Numbered from the stretch's first letter, positions 44,538 to 54,341 are shown. The stretch is DNA of 64,000 nucleotides from an uncultured delta proteobacterium (GCA_963745035.1 CAVUVW010000002.1:128001-192000); one strand, 5' to 3'. Made by a program: numbers and translations. Notes: generated by a model from the letters alone, not told the origin.

Positions 44538-45560
44538 TCAAACGTTTTCAACCTCGGGGATGTGAAACTTCCGCCGGTACGCCCCGGCCGTGACGCCGGT
44601 GACTCGTTTGAATAGCCGGCGGAAGAACGCCGGGTCTTCGTAGCCCACGTTCCAGCCGATCTCATCCACGGGCGCCTGGGTTCGTTCGAGCCGCCGCTTC
44701 GCCTCCTCGACGCGTAGCCGCTGAACGTAATCGATGGGCGCGTGCCCGGTGGCGCTCTTGAAGCGCCGCTTGAAACTTCGCTCCGGAATCCCGGAGATGC
44801 GCGCGGCCTGCTCGATGGGATTCGCCACCGAAAAGTGGCGGGCGAGCCACTCTTGCGCTTTTTGAATCGCGGCGTCGCCATGACCAGTCACGGGCTCGAA
44901 GATGACATAGGGCGAGAGACCGTCGGCATGCCATTGAAACGCGAAGTATTTCGCAACCGCCTGGGCCGCGGTGGGGCCCGCATGCTGCGCAATCAGATAA
45001 AGAATAAGATCGTGCCACGAGGTGGAAGTACCGGACATGAGAAACTCCTGATGCTTTCCGGCCGCGACCAGCGCCCTGTCCAGCCGCAGACGCACGTTCG
45101 GAAAATTGCGCCGAAACGTCTGCGCGTACATCCAGTGCACCGTCGCATCCTTGCCGTCGAGCAGGCCGGTCTCCGCGAGCAGCAGGACGCCCGAGCAGGT
45201 GGAACAGAGCTGCGCTCCGCGAGCATGCATCGCGGCGAGCCACTTGACGATCGCCGGGTATCGGCCTTGCTGCCACTCTCCCCGCTCGACCAGGATCGAC
45301 GGAACAATGACTACGTCCGCTGAATCGATTTGCTTGATCGATCGCTGGGCTTCGACCGGCACGCCGCTCGCGGACGAAAGCGACCCAGCTTTGGCGCCGA
45401 CAATTTCGGCTTTGAACTGAGCTCGTCCGGCCAATCCGTCGCTGTAAGTGCCGAGCAGATTGAACGAGTTCAGCACGTCGTAAAGCCCCATCAAGGTCGA
45501 AGCCATGACTTCGGGAATCGCGACAAGGCAGACGCGCACCTTCTTCGGCTCTGCTTTCAT
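44538..45560 (-). CDS. GlxA-type AraC regulator (DJ-1 domain + HTH)
   Basis: CSG, LLDGKDATVHW, VGYEDPAFFRRLFKR. Confidence 0.92.
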   Translation of the reverse strand: MKAEPKKVRVCLVAIPEVMASTLMGLYDVLNSFNLLGTYSDGLAGRAQFKAEIVGAKAGSLSSASGVPVEAQRSIKQIDSADVVIVPSILVERGEWQQGRYPAIVKWLAAMHARGAQLCSTCSGVLLLAETGLLDGKDATVHWMYAQTFRRNFPNVRLRLDRALVAAGKHQEFLMSGTSTSWHDLILYLIAQHAGPTAAQAVAKYFAFQWHADGLSPYVIFEPVTGHGDAAIQKAQEWLARHFSVANPIEQAARISGIPERSFKRRFKSATGHAPIDYVQRLRVEEAKRRLERTQAPVDEIGWNVGYEDPAFFRRLFKRVTGVTAGAYRRKFHIPEVENV

Positions 45561-45676
45561 TTTCTATCCTTCATGGCCTAAACGGACCCATTTTGCGCAA
45601 TCCGCCTCTCCCGCCGGCGCACGATCGAGGTTATTGTTCTCATGCGAGTTAAATTTTCAATCGGGAGGATTTTATC

Positions 45677-46735
45677 ATGAAGGTCGACGAGCGAAAGCTT
45701 AGTCAGTTTGTCGAAAAGGCTGTCACCGACTTGGCCGCCGGCTACGGCGGTGTCATGACCGTGCTCGGACACAAGCTCGGGCTTTACAAAGCCATGGCCC
45801 ACGCGGGACCGCTCGATTCATCGGAGGTCGCCAAACGGTCGGGCTGCGCGGAGCGCTATGTGCGCGAGTGGCTCAATAGCCAGGCGGCGGCCGGCTACGT
45901 TGTTTATCACGCCACCAGCGCCACCTACGAGCTCACCGCCGAGCAGGCGATGGTATTGGCGGACGACGACAGCCCGGTATTCATGCCGCCTGCTTGGGAA
46001 GTGCCGGTTTCGATGTTCTTCGACGAAGAGAAAACCATCGATGCCTTTCGCACCGGCAAAGGCGTCGCCTGGGACGAGCACGATGACAGGCTCTTTTGCG
46101 GCGTCGCGGCCTTTTATCGCAACGGCTACCGGAATAGCCTGGTGCGCGAGTGGCTGCCGGCGCTCCGCGGCGTGGAAGAAAAACTACGCGCCGGCGCCAA
46201 AGTTGCGGACGTCGGCTGCGGCCACGGTCACTCCACCATCCTCATGGCCGAGGCGTTTCCCCAGTCGCGTTTCTGGGGCTTCGATTATCATGAGCAATCG
46301 ATCGATACCGCGCGCAGCCATGCTCGCAACACGGAGATCGCAAATCGCGTCAGCTTCGAAGTCGCCGGCGCCACGAGCTATCCGGCCGAAGGCTTTGATC
46401 TGATCTGTTTCTTCGATTGTTTGCACGACATGGGCGACCCCGTCGGCGCCGCGCGGCATGCCAAAAAAGCGCTGGCCGGGGACGGTACGGTGATGCTGGT
46501 CGAGCCCTTCGCCAACGATCGGGTGGAAGAAAACTTGAACACGGTAGGCCGCCTTTACTACTCGGCTTCGACGACGCTTTGCTGCGCGCACTCGCTGTCC
46601 GAGGATGGCGCCGCCGCTCTCGGCGCTCAAGCCGGCGAAGCGCGCCTGGCCAGCGTCTTCACCAAGGCCGGCTTCAGCGAGTTTAGAAAAGCCAAGGCGA
46701 CGCCGTTCAACTTGATTCTCGAAGCGAAGGTTTGA
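45677..46735 (+). CDS. Class I SAM methyltransferase with N-terminal winged helix
   Basis: ERYVREWL, DVGCGHG, FDCLHDMGDP, TPFNLILE. Confidence 0.92.
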   Translation: MKVDERKLSQFVEKAVTDLAAGYGGVMTVLGHKLGLYKAMAHAGPLDSSEVAKRSGCAERYVREWLNSQAAAGYVVYHATSATYELTAEQAMVLADDDSPVFMPPAWEVPVSMFFDEEKTIDAFRTGKGVAWDEHDDRLFCGVAAFYRNGYRNSLVREWLPALRGVEEKLRAGAKVADVGCGHGHSTILMAEAFPQSRFWGFDYHEQSIDTARSHARNTEIANRVSFEVAGATSYPAEGFDLICFFDCLHDMGDPVGAARHAKKALAGDGTVMLVEPFANDRVEENLNTVGRLYYSASTTLCCAHSLSEDGAAALGAQAGEARLASVFTKAGFSEFRKAKATPFNLILEAKV

Positions 46736-46955
46736 GTCGCCTGAAGCTTCCGACACCGACTCCGGGCGGGGCGCTGCGTCCATCGCAATCGCCAGGGCCA
46801 AGCTGCGCGCCCTGCCCGACAACGCGGCGCTCGCGAGCAAGAGGAGTTGAATTCATACGTGTCTTTGCTAGAGAAATAAGACAACAAATTTCTACACCCC
46901 TCCCTCGTGGACTTTCTCTATAAGAGCAAAAACGAAACTACATATGTCCGGACTG

Positions 46956-47114
46956 GGTCGTGGTTCAGTTCGGAAAGATCTCTCACGGAGTTTATCCTGA
47001 GCATGGCCGAAGGGTTCGAGATGACAGAACCGTTACTTTGTTTGTCATTTCGAGCGGATGCGAGAAATCTTTCCCCTCTGATGTTATGCCCTGGGAGTCA
47101 AACTGCACCACTAC
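46956..47114. mobile_element. MITE-like element with imperfect terminal inverted repeats and 9-bp flanking direct repeat
   Basis: GTCGTGGTTCAGTT / AACTGCACCACTAC ends (12/14 match); TCCGGACTG at 46947-46955 and 47115-47123; internal REP-like palindromes. Confidence 0.72.
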
Positions 47115-47134
47115 TCCGGACTGAAGACCCAGCC

Positions 47135-48124
47135 GTGAATCGTTTCAGGGCTAATGTGTCAGGAATCGTCGCCGCATCCAGTCGATCAGGTTTTCGCATA
47201 CGAGTCCTTTTGCTGATCGTCGTGATGGCGCAGTCGATCGGCTGCGCTCGCCGGTTCCCGGCGACTGAAGTCACACCGATAAAGGCGGCTAATCCCGCCG
47301 AGCTTCAGGGACAGCTGCTTTCCAAGCCCGATGTAGCGCAATTTAGGTTGCGCGGCCCCTTTGCCGTCATCGAGCGCAAGGACCTGGAAATTCGCGTGCC
47401 CTCCGGTCTCACGGTGGAAGCGGATTTATACCTGTCGGAGCCGGCCCGCAAGGCGCCGCTGGTGATCGTGTTGCACGGTCATGACAATTCTAAGGAAGAC
47501 CATGCCTTCCAAGCCATGCACTTGGCCTCCTGGGGCATGCATAGCCTTGCCCTCAACTTGCCCAAGCAGGGTCCGTGGATCGCCAACGGCCGCACCCTTG
47601 CCAGGCTCGTCGAAGCGATTCAACGAACGCCGCAGATCGTCGACAACCGCGTAGACACGGACAAGATCATTCTCGCGGGTCACTCTTTCGGCGCGACGGC
47701 CGTGGCCGCCGCTTTGGGGGACGGCGCGCGCGCGCTCGGCGGCGTTCTGCTCGATCCCGCAGGGATCGGCCGGCAATTGCCGCAGTTGCTGAGGCGGATC
47801 ACCGTTCCGGTGATGATCATCGGTGCGGACGACGACATCTGGCCCACCCGGAACCGCGGGCAATTCTACCGGTTCATTGCGGCCCGTGTCGGAGAGATCT
47901 CGATACGAGACACCGTTCACGAAGATGCGCAGTATCCGAACCAGTACACGCTGCGCGCATTCCAGGACCAACCCGACGATACGGAGGAAGCGCAAATCGC
48001 TTTCGTGAGCGCGCTGACCGCCTCCGCCTTCAGCCTTGCGGCCACCGGTAGCATAGACTATGCCTGGAACAGCTTAGAGAACGGTCTTAAGAAAGGCGTT
48101 TTTTTCAACGCGAGAAGAAAGTGA
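47135..48124 (+). CDS. Probable lipoprotein alpha/beta hydrolase (chlorophyllase/dienelactone hydrolase-like); start uncertain
   Basis: Hydrophobic stretch ending SIG-C, VLHGH, GHSFGA nucleophile elbow, LLDP, HED. Confidence 0.78.
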   Translation: MNRFRANVSGIVAASSRSGFRIRVLLLIVVMAQSIGCARRFPATEVTPIKAANPAELQGQLLSKPDVAQFRLRGPFAVIERKDLEIRVPSGLTVEADLYLSEPARKAPLVIVLHGHDNSKEDHAFQAMHLASWGMHSLALNLPKQGPWIANGRTLARLVEAIQRTPQIVDNRVDTDKIILAGHSFGATAVAAALGDGARALGGVLLDPAGIGRQLPQLLRRITVPVMIIGADDDIWPTRNRGQFYRFIAARVGEISIRDTVHEDAQYPNQYTLRAFQDQPDDTEEAQIAFVSALTASAFSLAATGSIDYAWNSLENGLKKGVFFNARRK

Positions 48125-49042
48125 TCGTCCTGCGTTCAGCCAAATCGTCGGTACAAGGATGGAAGACCGCGGCAACATGTCTGACCGTCGTGATCGTCAT
48201 CGTCCTGCGGGCGCTTGGTCCGGAAGCTGGCTGGCCACAGGAAATAGCTCCACCTAAGATCGACGAGGAAATTGCCGAGCAGGAAAAAATCTACCGCAGC
48301 CGGGGCGCCGAAGTTCCCAGCGGCTACGTCACCGGTCGAGGGCTCTCGGACTACGCGGGGCTTCTTCCCACCGGGTTCTGCGGCGCTCTCGGCATGCTTG
48401 GCAGCTCGGACCGATGGCTGGATATCGGCGCGGGCGCCGGGCAGGCCATACTGGACTACTACGCAGCCGAAGGCAGCGCGCCGTCGAGTGAAAAGTGCGC
48501 GCGGCCCGGCGCCAAGGCGCGCGCGGTCGCGATCTCCATCGAGGATCGCCGCACCGACAAGTGGCGACAGCAGGCCGCGAGTCTCGGTGATGACCGTCAT
48601 ACGGTATCTCTCCGGCAAGCGCCTGCGTGAGTATTCGCCCGAGGAGCTTGGAAAATTCCAGATCATCACCGACGTGTACGGCGGTTTCTCCTACACTGAA
48701 TCCTTGTCGCAGTTCGTGGAAAAGGTGCTGAGCTTGCTGGAGGTCGGTGGCGCCTTCTACACGCTGATGCCAGGTGTGTATTTGGAGAACGGCAAGGACA
48801 GACTCGGATTCTTGTATCTGACCGAGCTCGAGGATGCCGCCGGCCGCCGCGAGAGAGTGTGCTCCTGGCTGAAGAAGACCGCCTGCGTGCAAGTCACCTG
48901 CGAGTCGAAGAGCGACTGGAAAAGGCCCACCGAGCTGATCAACGTTCGGAAGGTTTGCAGCGACGTCTCCGTCTCGCGCCTGAAACTGTGGGAGTTCGAG
49001 GCGGGATATCCTCCCTCGCGGCGCTTCCAATTGGACCCGTAG
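48121..49042 (+). CDS. Exported class I SAM-methyltransferase-fold protein, paralogue 1; frameshift near 48598
   Basis: N-terminal hydrophobic signal, WLDIGAGAGQA, KFQIITDVYGGFSY; colinear with 50214-51125. Confidence 0.75.
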
Positions 49043-49045
49043 GTC

Positions 49046-50030
49046 ATGCAACAGATTGCAGGCTGTTCAAAAAGGTCCCGATGCGGGGCACGCGAGAACC
49101 GTGATCGTGTTCGTGAAAACGTGACCGAGGAGGAGACCGCACGAGCACGAACACGCTGCACGAACACGAATTCGGAGCGAGGCGATCGAGCGCAACGAAG
49201 CAGGTGGGCCTTTTTCAACAGCCTGCTCGCCATTCTTTTTTTTCTCGGTACTAGTAGTTTTGCCGCATCAAACCCATTTGATGACGCAAGCGCTGCGTAC
49301 GAGCGCGGCGACTATGCTCAAGCGATAAAAATCTTTCGCCAGCTTGCCGAGCGGGGACACCAATGGGCGCAGAGGCGGCTGGGTCTGATCTATGCGGAGA
49401 GGGAAAGGCGTGCCGCAGGATCATCAGGAGGCTGTAAAGTGGTTTCGCCTCGCGGCGGCGCAGGGAAATGTCCCGGCGCAATATAGTCTGGGTCTGGCGT
49501 ATGAAAAGGGCCAAGGCGTGCCGCAGGATTATCAGGAAGCCGTGAAGTGGTATCATATCGCGGCGACGCGCGAAGACGAATGGGCGCAGACCCGGCTGGG
49601 TTCGATCTACGCGGAGGGGCAAGGCGTGCCGCAGGATTATCAGGAGGCTGTGAAGTGGTATCGCCTCGCGGCGGCACAGGAATACGCACCGGCACAGTCC
49701 AGTCTGGGTCTGGCGTATGAGAAAGGCCAGGGCGTGCCGCAGGATTATCGGGAAGCCGTGAAGTGGTATCGCCTCGCGGCAGCGCAGGGAGACCAATTTG
49801 CGCAAATCAATCTGGGTGTAATGTATGCCAACGGCACAGGCGTGCGGCAGGACTTTGTGCGCGCGCATATGTGGTTTACCCTCGCTGCAGCGGGATTGAA
49901 CGGCGATTCGGGAGATACGGCGACAAAGAATCGAGATAGAATTGCGTCAAAAATGAGAGCCGAGCAGATTGCTACCGCGCAGGAGATGGCACGGCGCTGT
50001 CAGGAGTCTAAGCTTAAGAACTGCGACTGA
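49046..50030 (+). CDS. Exported Sel1-repeat protein; frameshift near 49400
   Basis: AYERGDY, repeated AQxxLGxxYxxGxGVPQDYxEAVKWY units, C-terminal AHMWF...AQEMARRC. Confidence 0.88.
49058..49226. mobile_element. MITE-like element inside the 5' end of the Sel1 gene
   Basis: GCAGGCTGTTCAAAAAGG / CCTTTTTCAACAGCCTGC terminal inverted repeats (17/18 match); internal CGTGnT/GCACGA-type repeats. Confidence 0.75.
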
Positions 50031-50213
50031 AGCACGTGAAGTTGAAGTTCATAGCGCCAGAGCGCGACAAAGCTCCAAAGTCTGGAACTAAAAGTCTGGC
50101 CTTTGCTTCCCGCCCTGAATCGTTCTCGGGAATCACGTGCCAGAAACCGCATCCGCCTTTGAAATTGCTATTGAGAACGGCATCTTTTTCAACGGGAGGA
50201 GAAAATTTTTCTC

Positions 50214-51125
50214 ATGAGTTCAGTCAAGACATCGGGAAAAGGATGGAAGAGCGCGGCAACGGGGCTAGCCGTCCTGACTGTCATCGTCATGCATGCGCTT
50301 GGGCTGGGAGTTGGCTGGCCACAAGAAGCCGCTCCACTGCGGACTGACGAGGAATTAGCAAAGCAGGAAAAGATCTATCGCAGCCAGGGCGCTGACGTTC
50401 CCAGCGGCTACGTCACGAACCGAGGGCTCTCGGACTACGCGGACCTTCTTCCCTCGAGGTTCTGTGACGCACTCAGCAATCTCGGCAGCTCGGACCGATG
50501 GCTGGATATCGGCGCGGGCGACGGCCAGGCCATACTCGACTACTACGCGGATGTAGACGACACGGCGCCGGCTGAAAAGTGCGGCCGTTCCGTCGCCAAA
50601 GCCCGAGCCGTCGCGATGTCGATAGAGGACCGCCGCACGGACAAATGGCGACAGCACGCCACGCGCCTCGGCGATGACCGTATACGGTATCTCTCCGGCA
50701 AGCGCCTGCGCAATTATTCGCACGAGGAGCTTGGAAAATTTCAGATCATCACCGACGTGTTCGGCGGCTTCTCTTATACCGAAGACCTCTCCAAATTCCT
50801 GGAGACGGTGCTGAGCTTGCTGGAAATCGAGGGCGTCTTCTACTCGGTCGTGCAAAACGTGCATTTGGACGCCGCCAAGGACGACCCCGGCACCGGGTAT
50901 CAGACGGAGCTGGTGGATGTAGGCGGCCGCGGCGTGAAAGTCTGCTCCTGGCTGAAGAAAACCACCTGCGTGAAAGTCGTCTGCGAGTCGAAGAGCGACT
51001 GGGACTCGCCCAGCGAGCTGATCAACGTCCGGAAGGTGTGCAGCGACGTCTCCGTCCCGCGCATGAAGCTCCTGTACTACCATGCGGGAAACCCTCCCGG
51101 AAGGCGATTTCAGTTGGAGCCGTAG
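50214..51125 (+). CDS. Exported class I SAM-methyltransferase-fold protein, paralogue 2
   Basis: Signal-like N-terminus, WLDIGAGDGQA, KFQIITDVFGGFSY, LSLLEIEGVFY, six Cys shared with paralogue 1; GGGAGGAG RBS. Confidence 0.8.
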   Translation: MSSVKTSGKGWKSAATGLAVLTVIVMHALGLGVGWPQEAAPLRTDEELAKQEKIYRSQGADVPSGYVTNRGLSDYADLLPSRFCDALSNLGSSDRWLDIGAGDGQAILDYYADVDDTAPAEKCGRSVAKARAVAMSIEDRRTDKWRQHATRLGDDRIRYLSGKRLRNYSHEELGKFQIITDVFGGFSYTEDLSKFLETVLSLLEIEGVFYSVVQNVHLDAAKDDPGTGYQTELVDVGGRGVKVCSWLKKTTCVKVVCESKSDWDSPSELINVRKVCSDVSVPRMKLLYYHAGNPPGRRFQLEP

Positions 51126-51193
51126 CGTGAGGGAAACTGCGCGCGCAATTCGCGAAGCGCGAAGATCACCACGCCAGACAAACGGAGCACGAG

Positions 51194-51430
51194 ATGACAT
51201 TGGAACTCTATGCCGACGCCGTCTTGACGTGCGATGTGCCGGAGCATCGGCTTAAGCGGGGCGATATCGTCAAGTTTGTCGATCACCACATTGCGCCGGA
51301 CGGCACGGAAGGCTACTCCATCGAAGTCTTCAACGCGGTTGGCGATACCTTAGCCGTTACCGCAGTCCCCAACACCGCACTCGAACCGCTACGCGAAGAC
51401 GAAATCCTCTGCGCGCGCTCCATGCGGTAA
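51194..51430 (+). CDS. DUF4926-family small protein
   Basis: LYADAVLTCDVPEHRLKRGDI, GYSIEVFNAVGDTLAV. Confidence 0.8.
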   Translation: MTLELYADAVLTCDVPEHRLKRGDIVKFVDHHIAPDGTEGYSIEVFNAVGDTLAVTAVPNTALEPLREDEILCARSMR

Positions 51431-51566
51431 GACAACCTCGGCATCGCTGTCCGCATTGCCGAATCGACGCCATCCACAATCGCCAGCATCTCCGAAAGCT
51501 GGCGACCGCGTACTCTGTGTACCCTTCCTTGCTGGTGCATGCCAGGACTCGCTGGCCAACCTGCAA
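51420..51566 (-). pseudogene. Internal fragment of a quinone oxidoreductase (MDR family)
   Basis: VGQRVLA...GYTEYAVA followed by a frameshift into EMLAIVDGVD; no start or end of the gene. Confidence 0.4.
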
Positions 51567-51817
51567 ATTTTGAATTCAGCGAAGTTCGAGTGCCGCTACG
51601 GCGTGAATGCTATACGAGCACCCGGGTTCCATCAAACGGCGCTGCGTTGCTTCAGCGAGGCGAGGCGCCACGCGATGCATAACACCGCCGAATGAAAGTT
51701 GCGCAGATCCGACCCCGAAGTGCGGAGAGATGCTCGCTCAACGCTCGGGACTGCTTCTCCTTTTTTGGTTGCAGCCGGGAATCAGTGTGCCGATAATAGC
51801 CTCGAAAGGAATGCTGG

Positions 51818-53803
51818 ATGTCACCAAGGCTGAATTTTCCCCACGGCGGTTCGACTTGGATTCCGCCGCACTGGCAAAAACCCTGTAGCGCGAGCCAGTG
51901 GAATGACGGCGTGCTTGCAGTCAGCTCGGTCGCAAGCGGGCCGTTCCCAGCCAATTTCAATCCCAATCTCTTCGACGATATTCCCGTTGCGCTCGCGCCC
52001 GATGGCGCGGGAGGCGCTTTCGTCTTTACCGTCTGCAGTATTTTCGTCCCAGGTTCGCTCGGTCCTTTTGCGCTCAGGGCGGTCGGCCCCACAGGAACTC
52101 GTTCTCAATTAGTGCAGACCAACGATCCTCGCGCTTGGATCGGAGTGCTTGGAATTTGGTCGGAAGCGGTTTTAGTGCCGAGCGGCTCGAAGCATTGCAT
52201 CGTTCTTTGGGGAAAAAACCAAAGCGTCGCCGGCCTGGTCGCTCAACGATATAACGATTCGCTCGTCGCGCGCTGGCAAAACGGCAATCCGGTTCAGGCG
52301 AGCTTGTCTTTCAGTTCTTCCTCTTTCGTCAAGAACAGCCTGGTCGCGGAACCGGATGGACACAACGGAGCGATCGCCGCGTGGATCATGCCCGGCGCCG
52401 GCGGAAACAACCAGGTGCAAATCCAGCGACTCGATATGAATGGAGCGCCGCTTTGGGGCGCCAACGGCACCACGTTCGGCGCCGTCACCGGACAAACCTA
52501 TGGATTACCGCAAGCGTGGGTCCAGCTGGTGAGCGACGGAAGTGGCGGCGCAATCGTCGTCATGCCGGAAGAGTCGGGTGGCGCTACGCGCTACGTGGCG
52601 CAGGCGATCGATGCCAACGGCGCGATCAACGGATCGGCCGATACGATCGTCGCTGGCGCTCCCAACGCCTGGCTCGCCAACTTCAGACTGCGGCGGGCCG
52701 TCCCCGATGGACAAGGAGGATTGTTCTTAGCGTATGTCGATTCGAATGGAGCATTGCGGGCACTGCGGTATACTGCGGCCGGCGGAGTGAGCTGGGATAT
52801 CCCGATCGGAAGGCCGATCCATTCCGCAGCCTTTCACATTCACGAAGACGATCGCCGCGGCTTCCTCGTTAGTTTCATCTCAGCGTCGCCGCTGCCCAGG
52901 ATAGAGCTGATGCGTATCGATGGCAGCGGAGCGACGACCTGGAACATCAATAACGTTGCTTCGAACAATCAAATCCTTGTCGGCATGCCCGCCGCCTCGG
53001 TCATTTGGACCAATGACGCCATGTCCCGGGTGACGCAAGCCGTGCCCGACGCGAACGGCGGCGCCATTCTCGTTCACCAGAATTGGATGGGAGGCGGAGC
53101 GCCGAGATTGTTTACCGTCTGCTACGATGCCGCCGGCACGCAAGTCAGTCCCGCGCAGCCTGTCAGCGCGCGGCCCACCGGGCAGGAACTGCCGGTCGTA
53201 ATCCCCGGCGGCGGCACCAGCGCCATAGTGGCTTGGGCCGATGACGGCGCCGCCTCTACAAATGGATTGGATGTCTGGGTGCAACGCCTCGGCTGCTGCG
53301 TCCCCGAGCCCATGAGGGAGCTTCCCTGGCCGCGATTCGGCTGCGAGATCATCGAGTTCGGCGGCGCGGGTTTCCGTGAAATGGTTCTTCGGCTTCCTTG
53401 CGGCAACAGAGAACGGCATTGGGGAGTGCTGCCGCTCACGCGTTTCTTCTCGAACGTGCGCGGGTTGAACTATCCCGGCTCCATTTTCAATAGCGATGTC
53501 GAGCAGCCGGATTGGATACGGATCGCGTTTTCGAGCTTACCGCCAGACATCGAAGTTCGACTCTATTCGATGAAAGGCAAGCTGATGGGGACGGGAAAAC
53601 CGATTTTCGCGGAAGGAAAGAAGGGTCCGCCCTTGCAAACGGTCCTGACTTTCAAATCCTCGGACGAGGATCAGTTGCTCGTGTTTTCCACCCGGCAAAA
53701 AGTAGAGCGCGAAAAAACCTTTCTGATCGGCGTGAACAGCGAATGGGGCAACGGCAAGCCACCGCCCCTGGGCGCCGCGACATCGCGGCGCATCCGACGG
53801 TGA
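51818..53803 (+). CDS. Large hypothetical protein with about 8 DGxGGA-type repeats (probable beta-propeller)
   Basis: 661-aa ORF with PDGAGGAF, PDGHNGAI, SDGSGGAI, PDGQGGLF, PDANGGAI, PGGGTSAI units. Confidence 0.7.
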   Translation: MSPRLNFPHGGSTWIPPHWQKPCSASQWNDGVLAVSSVASGPFPANFNPNLFDDIPVALAPDGAGGAFVFTVCSIFVPGSLGPFALRAVGPTGTRSQLVQTNDPRAWIGVLGIWSEAVLVPSGSKHCIVLWGKNQSVAGLVAQRYNDSLVARWQNGNPVQASLSFSSSSFVKNSLVAEPDGHNGAIAAWIMPGAGGNNQVQIQRLDMNGAPLWGANGTTFGAVTGQTYGLPQAWVQLVSDGSGGAIVVMPEESGGATRYVAQAIDANGAINGSADTIVAGAPNAWLANFRLRRAVPDGQGGLFLAYVDSNGALRALRYTAAGGVSWDIPIGRPIHSAAFHIHEDDRRGFLVSFISASPLPRIELMRIDGSGATTWNINNVASNNQILVGMPAASVIWTNDAMSRVTQAVPDANGGAILVHQNWMGGGAPRLFTVCYDAAGTQVSPAQPVSARPTGQELPVVIPGGGTSAIVAWADDGAASTNGLDVWVQRLGCCVPEPMRELPWPRFGCEIIEFGGAGFREMVLRLPCGNRERHWGVLPLTRFFSNVRGLNYPGSIFNSDVEQPDWIRIAFSSLPPDIEVRLYSMKGKLMGTGKPIFAEGKKGPPLQTVLTFKSSDEDQLLVFSTRQKVEREKTFLIGVNSEWGNGKPPPLGAATSRRIRR

Positions 53804-53879
53804 GCCTCAAACGGATGAAGGAGCAAAGCGGGAATGTGTGATTGCAAAACGTGACCTCAGAGCCGACTTGCGTTCCTCA

Positions 53880-54047
53880 TCACTTCGGCTCACTGATTTC
53901 GAATCCCAAGCCGCGTAGCAACGTGACTGTCTCTTCTTCGGTCAGGGTGCGCCCGAGTTTCTCGTGCTCCCGGATCAGATGCCGCATCATCTCGGGCTTG
54001 AGAGTCATCCAATCCGGCACCTTGGCAATTGTGACGCCCTCTTCCAT
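53880..54047 (-). CDS. 55-aa hypothetical protein absent from the ORF track
   Basis: MEEGVTIAKVPDWMTLKPEMMRHLIREHEKLGRTLTEEETVTLLRGLGFEISEPK*, with purine-rich GAAGGGTG upstream. Confidence 0.45.
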   Translation of the reverse strand: MEEGVTIAKVPDWMTLKPEMMRHLIREHEKLGRTLTEEETVTLLRGLGFEISEPK

Positions 54048-54341
54048 TTTCACCCTTCCGCTTTCGGCCCAACCGATAAACTTTCATTCGTCGCGGCTGG
54101 ACGTTGGAACTCGGCGCTAAAATGCTTCCGCTTTCCTATCGAACGCCTCTTCCGAACTTTTAAGCCCTCGTGTGGCCCTCCGTCAAATCCTGGCTACTGC
54201 GCGGCGATCGCGAGCAAGAAGTTGTAAAAGTGTTAGTAGACTCAGGCGAGCTGCTTGGATTGACTATCCTTGGGACGGAGTTTTTGTCAGATTTTGTTAG
54301 TTTATTGCTTTTCACCGGGAAAACAATTAGCTAAGAGATCC

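Noticed and set aside
49360-49800. Regular repeats as a CRISPR array
   Set aside because: They are 108-bp coding Sel1 units without unique spacers, and no cas genes are present
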